DNA of 64,000 bases from Ostrea edulis (lineage: Eukaryota). Below, one piece after another: positions 26,205-37,900 of the stretch. Made by a program: the position numbers and the translations under genes. How positions within the stretch are numbered: the stretch's first letter is position 1; each line of letters starts with the position of its first letter. The notes under the pieces were generated by a model, which made no database searches, was not told the origin of the DNA, and saw nothing but the letters and a program-made list of their open reading frames with translations. The stretch spans positions 3,162,001 through 3,226,000 of the forward strand of contig NC_079165.1 in assembly GCF_947568905.1 (NCBI RefSeq), given 5' to 3'.

Positions 26205-26507
26205 AGTTAGAGGATTTATTAGATTGATCACTGTTGTCTTCATCTTTTATAGGATTTATTAGATTGATCACTGTTCGTTATCTTCGCCTTTATAGTAGTT
26301 ATGAGATTCATCAATGTTCGTTATCTTCACCTTTTATAGGAGTTATTAGATTGATCACTGTTCGTTATCTTCATCTTTTATAAGATTTATTAGATTGATC
26401 ACTGTTCGTTATCTTCATCTTTTATAAGATTTATTAGATTGATCACTGTTCGTTATCTTCATCTTTTATAAGATTTATTAGATTGATCACTGTTCGTTGT
26501 CTTCAGT
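26205..26507 (+). repeat. 44-bp tandem array (about 7 copies) derived from the PLE 3' terminus
   Basis: Unit AAGATTTATTAGATTGATCACTGTTCGTTATCTTCATCTTTTAT matches the PLE end TAGGAGTTATGAGATTGATCACTGTTCGTTATCTTCACCTTTCAT. Confidence 0.9.
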
Positions 26508-28898
26508 TTCTCATCGCTATTTTTTCGGGGGAGGACTAACTAAACATTTATAACGGGGTGGACTAACTGTTTACCTTTGTTTTCGGGGTGGATTAACTGC
26601 ATAGCTATTTCTTTTTTCTTTTAATGTTTTACGTCTCGTCGAGAATTTACTACTAGTAGTAGTAATTAGGTTTGTATCTAACAAATTTAATAACTATCTT
26701 ATTTTGTCGAGGGACATACAGCGGCGAACCACAACTGATCATGGAATGAACTTTGAAATGTTGATAGGTCTTTGTCTAAAATCAATATAGTTAATTAATT
26801 AGTGAGAGGGTCAAAGGTTTGTAACGAGGTCTATGCGAAATGAATTGATACTCTTTCCCCATTACTGGTTGTCTATAACAAAATTTAATGAACTCAAGAC
26901 AGTGTCAGAAATTTTACCGTTTGGCTAATTTGCGTGAATCGCCATATTGGATTCCCGATAGTTAATGGCCGAACAAAGGATTATATAAGAAAATAATGAT
27001 CAACAACTAATTTTTATGCTGCATATCTTGGATTTCGAAAATCCTAAAAAGGGGGCATTACATTCACGAACGAACTTCTGTTTTCCAACAATAGCAATAA
27101 AATGTGAAACGTATACAAAAGTGAAGGTTCCCAGAACAATTGAAACACGAGACGCAAATCACAGTTCACAGAAAAAGATCGCAAAATGCCATGAAATGTC
27201 ACCTTAAAAGATAATAACAAATAGTCTGTTCATTGTTTGGGAAATCCTAAAGTTACATGTATTCATAGAAAGACTTTCATAAATAAACTTTGCTCAACAT
27301 CTTTTACATTCTGGGTTAAATTCTGAAGGTTCGTCATTCGACAAAAAACCACCACCTCGGTGATTTTTTCACTAAAGAAATAAAGCATTCATGATGTCGC
27401 CACATACACATTAACTCAATGAAAGCTATATTCATTATGACTTCAAAAGGTTTGATCAGATCAATTCATACTACCCATAGTCCTCTGCGTCTCCGCACAC
27501 AGAATACAAACGACCTCTGGCGGAAGTTTGCAGATAAATTCTGGTTATGTAGTCACATGACGCATTTTATCCAATGACAGAGCAGCATGTAATGATTGTT
27601 TTAACGCTTACCGAATATCATTTTCATTTTAACGGATTCGTTTATCTAAAATGATTAAGCATTTTTCCCCCCTATTTGTAAGGGGAAGCTTTCTTAAAAT
27701 AATTTATAAAATCGTTTACTTTGAAATGTCATACTGAGAAAAACATATGTTCACATTATTAAAAAATGCAAGAATCATGTGTATGGCGATATTCATACTG
27801 TCCGACCTAATGTTGTAATGGTGTCCAAGAAAACGTAGGTCATTGTAAAAGCCGCGTGTATATGCAGTTTCGAGAAGAAGGCCGTGAACGTGAATCGAGA
27901 TTTAGTGACCCGAAGAATATTACAAAAGCTTTGATGAATATATAGTGTTTGAACATTTTTAAAACACCCAGTTTTTGACAGTCCAGTTGCATTGAAAATT
28001 ACACTACACACGACTAAGTTTGAAAGGAACAACAAATGACTGCGGTTTAACTTGACTTATGTGTATGCACAAGGTTTATTTTATTTCACATTTTGAAATA
28101 AATTAGTTTTCACGGGAAATATTGCTTGCACTCACGAACACGTCATTATCTGTCGAGGAAACTTAAGGTAAAAACTACCGTGTGCGTCATTATCTGTCGA
28201 GGAAACTAACAGGTAAAAACGATAATGCTGGTATTGTGTGCAGTAATAGCTATATCGTTGTTTGAAGACTGTTTGATGTAGCATTCCTCCCATTTATAAC
28301 ATTGATTCTCATCTATTTTAGATCAATTTCTGATTAATTATTAATCACTTTACACTAAATATAATTCATGATTCGTCTGCAGTGCGCTAGGCTTTTTTCT
28401 AGCTTGTTTTGGTACCCTTGGGTATAAAACACGTAAATAAAATTAGATAATCAAAAGATCTCATGTATAATTCATTCCTTTTCCTGTCTTTATTGCCAAT
28501 AATTTTCGTCATCACGTCTTAGAATGTGATTACGTTGGATTGAAGAGCGAATTCTTCCACGCGTCAGATTCACTTATGGCGGTTCTGTGGATTACCCGTC
28601 TCTTTGCTTATAATTCTTCGATAAATGTCATGATTATGTTGTCTATGTTCAAATGAATATATACAGTTGACGGTTCAGCTTTTCACTATGTGTTATTTTT
28701 ATCTTACAAGACATTAATGTAAACAAAATAATATAAAAAATTTAGTTTCCATCATCGTGACTATAGAAATCGTATAGCGTGAAGTGTGTAGGTGGGTTCA
28801 TAGACCTTGTTTAAGATGAGTAGAGCTTCAGGCCTACGACGCTAACCTTCCACTCTCTTGTTCTATATTACAGTTCATTTACACAGTAACGATTTCCA

Positions 28899-29813
28899 AT
28901 GGCGTACAAGAAACGTCCTCCACCCGTCAACCCAGTCACTAGAAGATGGACGGAAGGACGCTTTTTTAGCGATCTTGATCTGGAATTTTCAAACAAAATA
29001 AACTGCCGGGGCAAGAAAGACAGAAACGAGTGCGCCATTCAAAGAGTGTGCTATTTTAAAGATGGAAAGTACGTTATGTTTGACGAGAAAAACAGCAAAA
29101 TAAAGTTATTTGATAGGGACTTCAACTTCCTGTTAGAGAGCGCAGTTCCGGCGGACTGCAGGGATATGGTATACACAAACGAAAACGAGATCGCTCTCAC
29201 TCAGAAAGACGGTGTCATATTTGTCAATGTCGACGATCACCGATTCCGGAATTCCAGAAAGAAGTTCACTTTTCCAGAAAATTCTCAAGGTTTTGGAATG
29301 GCGTCTGGGAGATCACGTCTGTTCGTGACGTGTGATGTCATGAGCGTGAACGCATCTCTTAGAATTATTGATATGAAGGGAAGAATGAAAGTAAAAGTAG
29401 ACAGCATAAAAGGCCTGACAGAAAATCGAGATTCTGGAGGATACACTCGGCCGTTCGGAAAATTTCTCTCCATCTCAGACCAATCCATTAAAGCTGGTTC
29501 AATATACCTGAGCGACACGGAAGGAAGTCGGATCGTTTGTTGTGATTTGGGCGGAAGCTTCCAGTGGGAGGTGCCTATGTATGACACGCCTTTTGGTGTG
29601 ACGTCAGTCGGAGATTACGTCATTATGTGTCTCGATAGTAACCAGCTAGGACTGATTCATAAAGATGGAATCTTTGTCAAAACGTTTCCCGAGATGCATT
29701 TCAAACCAAAGAATCTGTTCTTTGATGTAAACAAAAACAAACTGCTTGTGACTGATTCCGAGACTTCAGATTTCATATATGCATATGACATAAAAATAAC
29801 ACAAACGAAATAA
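28899..29813 (+). CDS. NHL-repeat / six-bladed beta-propeller protein (304 aa), intronless CDS
   Basis: Open 915-nt ORF with propeller-type blades (YVMFDEKNSKIKLFD, GFGMASGRSRLFVT, IYLSDTEGSRIVCCDL, PFGVTSVGD, PKNLFFDVNKNKLLVTDS); acceptor TATTACAG just upstream. Resembles the C-terminus of bivalve TRIM-NHL proteins. Confidence 0.85.
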   Translation: MAYKKRPPPVNPVTRRWTEGRFFSDLDLEFSNKINCRGKKDRNECAIQRVCYFKDGKYVMFDEKNSKIKLFDRDFNFLLESAVPADCRDMVYTNENEIALTQKDGVIFVNVDDHRFRNSRKKFTFPENSQGFGMASGRSRLFVTCDVMSVNASLRIIDMKGRMKVKVDSIKGLTENRDSGGYTRPFGKFLSISDQSIKAGSIYLSDTEGSRIVCCDLGGSFQWEVPMYDTPFGVTSVGDYVIMCLDSNQLGLIHKDGIFVKTFPEMHFKPKNLFFDVNKNKLLVTDSETSDFIYAYDIKITQTK

Positions 29814-30284
29814 ATTATTTCAATATGATGTCGATGACAATATGTACAGAACCATGTAATCTGTTAATTAACAAACAAAACTACCTTCATCCCACACATT
29901 ATAATTTATTAAGCATCAAAGCATGGAATAAAACAGAGCGTGAATTCTATGTACATAGTAAATGGTTTGGTATGTTATTTCTTCAGATACATCACTTTTA
30001 TACAGAAAGACTACCAACACATTACCCATCACTTCAATGCATGATGAATACAAAATGTTTTATGTGAGATTTCTCATACAGGAAATTAATTCTTCAAATG
30101 TAAACTGTACATATACATTAATGAATACACAAGTGTTTTCCAGATCTAAATAAATTACGATATAATGATTAAAAAAATTTCATTCAAAATGAAATTGTTC
30201 ACGCCATGGAAATGCATTATGGGATTGGTACTACTTGCTGAAAGTAACAATGACAGTGCATGCTGGGAGAATGACATGGTGCCC

Positions 30285-31953
30285 CTACAGGATGATTTGG
30301 TTCTTGCAGCTGCCGCTCAGAGATTTGTCTGGTAACACCATAGTATTCAGTAATATCACCTCTGATGGTACCTGAACATTACTTCCTAAAAAGAAAAGCA
30401 ATTTTTGCCACTATGAAATATATATACACATGCTATGGTGATTTCTGTAAAAGGAATTTGAGAAAAAATTAAATTAATAAAACTACTACTTACATGAAAA
30501 GTAAAAATAACAAACAGTTTTCAATTTCATAATTCCTATAAAGAATACAAAATTAAGAGGAGGACAAACACGGACCCTGAACAAACCAAAGGTGGGATCA
30601 GGGGACTACGAAGAGTAAGCATCCCCTTTGTATGGTCATATTCGTTGTGAGCCCTATATTCTTGATCAGGGTAACAGAGCAATCCATAATTAAAATCAGT
30701 GTGCCAAGAACGGCCTATCAATTCGTATGAAACACGTCAGACAGCATTTGACCCAATGATAGGTTGTATTGGCAAACTAGATGGTTATAAAGACCATAGA
30801 ATTTGCAAAATGCTGACTTTAAATGAGACCCCTGTACTAACATAAATTAAACTGAAAACTCACCAATGACAGTGATGGAGGGGTTGAGCTTCCCTTCTGG
30901 TGTGAATGTGTCTTTGACATCGACCTTGGCAAATGGTTTGTTGGGGTTGGGGTCACTGGGTGTACCCTCGACACGAGTCCACGTTCCTATGGTAACATTC
31001 CAACCAATCACACTGTACAACACACAGCAGTGGTCCTACAAAAGAGACAATGGCAGACAATGAGAGATGTCAGTCCAATCGTCACTCAGCTTTAATACTA
31101 GAAAGGAAATACCTAATAATCTGAAGTTTCCATACACCTATTATGTTGAGTGTTTTTCATACATAAGAATTACTACCTTATTCAGGCAGTTTCCCCTCAC
31201 AAAAATTCCCCCAAATGGTGCCAAAACTTCCAAAGAAGATTAAATGATTTCAACTATATAAAATAGCATCTTGATAAGGAAAATATTGGACAGCAACTAG
31301 ATGTTTTCGTCACTGCATTTTTGGAACTTTGTATGTTGACTTTATGATGTACTTGTCATGTTGCATAATAAGGAAGCATAATATGTGAAAAGGTTGCAAA
31401 ACAAAGCTATAGAGTAGTTATAAAAATCAATAGTTATGTATATGTAAATGCAATTTTTCAAACATGGAAGAATTCAACATTGAAAAATTCACAATATCCA
31501 AAAATGTTGATGATGTTTCCAAATCAACAGGGCATAAGGGTAGCTTTTAAAACTGGTGTGAAAAATACTGCATTGTAATCAATCCATTTCATACCTGTAA
31601 AACAGCACCCTCTAGAACAATCGATTCCCTCACTCGAGCTCCCTCACCAATCACTGCATGCTTACCAACACTTACATTCGGACCAAGCTAAAAGAGGGAA
31701 AATCAAAAGAAATACGTAATCAAATTACCAACACTTACATGTACATTCGGACCAAGCTAAAAGATGGAAAATCAAAAGAACATACATACACAATCAATAT
31801 ATTCTGGATGTATGGAAATTTACTCGTGACTGTAGTTTTTACAAACTCTGAGGCTGACTGACTGAATACAATATGAGGATAACTCCCATACAGCCCTAAT
31901 TATATACATGTATATATACACAGGTGTACATGTAGTCCAATTTTCTGTGTAAA

Positions 31954-31998
<45 letters not shown>

Positions 31999-34900
31999 GA
32001 GAGAGAGGGGGGGGGGGGGGGGTATGTTTTATGTACTACTTATCAATATTCAGGTTCCCTAACATTTCATGGCCTGAGTGTTTTCACATATGATAACTAT
32101 ATATACTGTTTGGATTAGTTGATACACATACCACCGCTGTAGGGTGGACGTCGGCCGTTGGGTGGATATACACATCCCCGATGATCTGAGGCTTCAGTTC
32201 CCCATTCTTAGAAAGTCTCTCCGTGTGCCAGTCCTGGTACAAAGCTAGATAATGTCTGTTGGCATAGATAGCAGCTCTGAAAACAAGTTGGCATCTATCT
32301 ATCAAAAACTATCTCTGTCAGGAAATTTTGTTCACAATTCACAAATGTATAACTTTTCATATGTACTATACAATTACATATTTATTCCTGGTTTGAGAGA
32401 AATATGATTTTTTGCAGAGACTTGGTTTAATTATTGAAGTTCAGTTTGTGTTTCTTGTGGAGTTTTGAAGTTGTGGGTATGTCCATACCACAAAAACAGT
32501 GAAAAGTAAAGGCTCGTGAAAAAATAAATGATTTCATGGTGAAGAATGGTTGTGTATTGTTTAATATTCCTCTCCAGAATTTTTCACTCATATGGAGATG
32601 TTAACATTGCCAGTGAAGGGCTGCAAAATTTAGGCCTATGCCCGGTGCTAACAACCTTTGAGCAGGGATGGATCTTCATCGTGCCACACCTGCTGTGACA
32701 CAGGACCTTGGTTTTTGCAGTCTCATCCGAAGGACCACCCCATTTAATTACCTCTTACAACAAGCAAGGGGTACTGAGAGCCTATTCTAACCTGGACCCT
32801 CACAGGGATCATGGTGTGAAACATGGCATGCAACAGATCTAGCTCATGTCATTGTGATTTTAAATATTCTTTAAATCAAGTAATTTTACATTAAGTGATT
32901 TCATACACTGAATTGCTTATTTGAACTATACACTGTGTTTGACATTGAAAGAAATTTCTGTAAAACTGATAAAAATCATTCCTCCATTTTCTTAGTCACT
33001 TACCCTGAGGTTTTGATCTGACTCCAGAACCTGTCCGTGTGGTAGACATACAGCTTCCCTGAGCTGGCCATAGGAACGAAAATGTCCTGTTCCAGACGAA
33101 TAACTTCCTTCAACTGCATGTTGGGATCACAGCTAAAAATAGAATTATTCCACATTCAAAACTCTGATACAACACAAATATAACATAAGATGCAATTAAA
33201 CACGATTATAGTGAACCTCCAGGGCCAGAGAAAAACAGTTATTTATAACCAAACTTCAGTGTATCTAATAAAGTCATTATTTTCCTTTCAAAAAGGAACA
33301 AATTTCACTTCACAATACGCATGAATTCATTACAAGCTTGTTTGTTATAAGTATGTTTTACTGTTTGCATGAGAGACAACACATTATCATTTTACTTATC
33401 TTAAATAGTGAAGACATAATCAAACTTATGTTTCAGTAGCTTTGTTTATATAAATATTCATGTGATATATTAATGAGAATTTGTTTTAATTTATTAGTAA
33501 AAGTACTTGTACATGAACTGTACAACAACAGAAATGTCCCAGTATCCACATGGGGTCATTCTAAGGTTAGATTACAATGTCATGCTGTTACGAAAAAAAA
33601 ATTTAATCCCAACACAACTGACTCATCTGCATGCTCTACAAGGATTTCCCAGACATACCCATATAACAAACAACAAAACACAGGACAAATTATCCATTAC
33701 ATCTAAACGCAAAATCGCACAGGTTTTTTTTTTCAAATCTACATGTACAAAGTACATCTTTTTTTAAAATTTACATAGATATGTACACAAATTGAATAAA
33801 ACATTGAATGGTTACTATTACACATGTTGTCCATTACAACAATTATCATCCCCTTTTCACCAAGTTGACAATGAGTAAATACCTGAACAAAACATTTAGT
33901 GCATCAGATTTTAACTGTAGAGAAATGATCAATACTTACTCAAATTTATGAGACCTCAAAATTAGAATTTCAGTTCAAAATCAATCTGGAGTATTTCATT
34001 CACAAATTAAAAAAAAAAGATAACCGTGGAAAACAAAACATGGCATTTCTGCATACATAGCATCTAAGTCAATGTACGTGGCACTCTTAGCCAAAAAAAT
34101 ATCGAGCAAATAAAATCATGCGAAATTACCCAGAGCACCATTCATTGCCTGTAAGGAAACTGAAAATAACGGTATTTATATTTCGTTCCATGTACATCAC
34201 AAGCTATAAATAATACTGTTCGATCCTTCTACTCAGTGCAATAGAAGAGAAAAAGCAAAATGAGACGTAACTCCAGGTTTTCATATGTATTTCTGTACTG
34301 TTTTGAAATAACTACCAGGTAAATAAATATATGTATATAAATTCTCTAAAAACAAGCTAAATCTATGAATTCCACAGGATTAATATAAATATGTGAATTT
34401 CCCAGGAACAAGCTACATAGCAATGCAGAATGTAATAAATTCACTTAGTACCTTTTGTGTTATCAATCATTTTGCATAAAGTTCATCGAAGAAAGTAATA
34501 AGACAAAAGTAATATTAATATTCTCTTTAACTGAATTAAAAATATCAATAATAGTTGGGCAGAATTATCATATTTTGTGTCGATGCAGAGGTGTGAAAAG
34601 TCTACTGGATGCTTACTCCTCCTAGTCACCTGATCCCACCTCTGGTGAGTTCGTGTTTGCCCTAATCGTAATTAGGTATTTTTTACAGGATTGATGAGAT
34701 TGATCACTGTTGGTTATTTCACTTTTTCATTAATTCATGATATCATTGTTTCATATACATGTACATTTGTATGACCATAATTATTACATTTTGCATTATC
34801 ACATTTTGCATTGAGATCGATGCAAAATGTAATAAACATGAAATCTATGGTTATGAAATCTGCATCAGTGACTATCTTAATATATTATTTGAGTTTAATA

Positions 34901-37900
34901 TGTACATAGTATTCATTATTTTAAAATCAAAGGCCTCAAGGGCTGCAGAGTCGACTCATCTGCGATTTCCAACAAGGGGTGGGGGTATACAGCACCGTCT
35001 TATAAGCTTTAATTCTGAATCTTTAAGTATGGTAAAACATGCGTATTATGCTTAACTAGATATCTTTGGAAATGCAACGTCACAAACTAGGAACATGACA
35101 CATCGGCTAGAGGAATTTAACCATAAAAGCTTAACAAATTGTGTGAACATAAAAGTTAAAGATCAAAGGTCACTATGCCGGGTACCCAGCACATCTACAT
35201 GAGATGATCATTTATTGGTACTTGTATGTCAATTATTAAAAGCCTACTGCAAAAGACAAAACAGTAACAGCCCTGACACGATTTGTAGCAGGTATCTATA
35301 CAAAATATTCTCTTGAAGTCTTCAAATATCTTGATTGCCTCTTCTTTCATTCTGTTTACACGAAGTATTCCCGCAAAAATGTACCATGTGCGTACGTAAA
35401 TGATGTTAACTCGTTCGTTGTTTATTTATTTAAACAAAGCAAATATAGAATTTGTTAATTCATTTCAGATATATTTTCGTCAGAATTCTGTTAGAATAAT
35501 GGATTTACATGTGGAATAACACTGTTAATGTGAGTGTAAGGAACGATAACTCTGGGTAGAGATTGAACAATGTACATACAATGTAACGCATTCATGCGCT
35601 TTCATGTTGTCTCCAAACCAAATGATAAAGAAAATATCATTACAGTTAGGTAACACTGCTTTTAAATGCAAGAACACAATAACCAATACTTTGTTTAAAC
35701 CAACGAAATTGATATGCACAATATTTCCCATATTTTGCCGAAATTTCAATGACCAGAGATTAAGAACTATTGCATTATCTAGTGTATGTATAAACAATGG
35801 TTTGTAATCAAAATTCAAAATGCAGTGCCGGTGATAACAGGGGTCTTCTCGAGCCGACTCAAAAAAACAAAACAAAAAAACACTAGATAAAAAATGAATT
35901 GCATTTATTACATTGTCAAGATCAATGCAAAATATAATCATGCAAATAGTAATAATGGAGTTTATCACATTTTGCATTGCTACAGAGCTAGTTTTACCAC
36001 TGAATCTATTCCCTACATCCTTGCTATTATGAGCTAATCTTTAAATAGCTACAATACTAAGGTTGAAAATAAGTAGAACAGTTACATTGTTACTTGTCAC
36101 TCAGCTACACAGTTATCTCCCTTACTTGTAATTGTCATAAGTAGATCAGTTACATTGTTACTTGTCACTCAGCTACACAGTTATCTCCCTTACTTGTAAT
36201 TGTCATAAGTAGATCAGTTACATTGTTACTTGTCACACAGTTACACAGTTATCTCCCTTACTTGTAATTGTCATAAGTAGAACAGTTACATTGTTACTTG
36301 TCACACAGCTACACAGTTATCTCCCTTACTTGTAATTGTCATAAGTAGATCAGTTACATTGTTACTTGTCACTCAGCTACACAGTTATCTCCCTTACTCG
36401 TAATTGTCATAAGTAGATCAGTTACATTGTTACTTGTCACTCAGCTACACAGTTATCTCCCTTACTTGTAATTGTCATAAGTAGATCAGTTACATTGTTA
36501 CTTGTCACTCAGCTACACAGTTATCTCCCTTACTTGTAATTGTCATAAGTAGATCAGTTACATTGTTACTTGTCACACAGCTACACAGTTATCTCCCTTA
36601 CTTGTAATTGTCATAAGTAGATCAGTTACATTGTTACTTGTCACACAGTTACACAGTTATCTCCCTTACTTGTAATTGTCATAAGAAGAACAGTTACATT
36701 GTTACTTGTCACACAGTTACACAGTTATCTCCCTTACTTGTAATTGTCATAAGTAGAACAGTTACATTGTTACTTGTCACACAGTTACACAGTTATCTCC
36801 CTTACTTGTAATTGTCATAAGTAGAACAGTTACATTGTTACTTGTCACACAGTTACACAGTTATCTCCCTTACTTGTAATTGTCATAAGTAGAACAGTTA
36901 CATTGTTACTTGTCACACAGTTACACAGTTATCTCCCTTACTTGTAATTGTCATAAGTAGATCAGTTACATTGTTACTTGTCAAACAGCTACATAGTTAT
37001 CTCCCTTACTTGTAATTGTCCTCCTGGTTTTTCTTGAAGATTTTTTCCAGGGTACAGAAGATGTCCGGGGAGAAGAGATAGACCCCTGCATTAATGGTTG
37101 TGCTGATGTACGTCTCCGGCTTCTCTACATAATGGAGGACCTACAATACACAGTGCATGTGATCAACTGAAAACCGGATTTATAACTAGTCAAATAAAAA
37201 CCGGATTTATAACTAGTCAAATAAAAAAAACCAGATTTATAACTAGTCAAATAAAAACCGGATTTATAACTAGTCAAATAAAAACTGGATTTACAACTAG
37301 TCAAATAAAAACCGAATTTATAACTAGTCAAACAAGAGGCCCAAGGACCACATCACTCACCTGAGTTACCTTGGCCCATATCTAAAGACTTTCCATATAT
37401 ATTTGCATGTAAAACCTTAGTCAGTATTGTGGCCCCAACCTACCCCTGGAGGCCATGATTTTTACAAACTTGAATCTGGACTATGTCAGGAAGCTTTCAT
37501 GTAAATCTCAGCTCCTCTGGCCCATTGGTTCTTGAGAGGATGAGTTTTAAAGATTTTTTCTATTTATTCCCAATTTCCCATGTAAAACTTTGATCCCCTA
37601 TTCAATTGTGGCCCCGATCTACCCCCGGGGGCCATGATTTGAACAAACTTGAATATGGACTATGTCAGGAAGCTTTCATATAAATTTCAGCTCTTCTGGC
37701 TCATTGGTTCTTGAGAAGAAGATTTTTAAAGATTTTCCCTATATATTTCTATGTAAAACTTTGATTCCTTATTGTGGCCCCAAACTACCCCCGGGGGCCA
37801 TGATTTGAACAAACTTGAATCTGGACTATGTCAGGAAGCTTTCATGTAAATCTCAGCTCCTCTGGCCCATTGGTTCTTGAGAGGATGAGTTTTAAAGATT

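Noticed and set aside
36069-37020. Regularly spaced direct repeats resembling a CRISPR array (also 26205-26507 and 13680-16610)
   Set aside because: No unique spacers (whole units repeat), no cas genes, and a eukaryotic intronic context.
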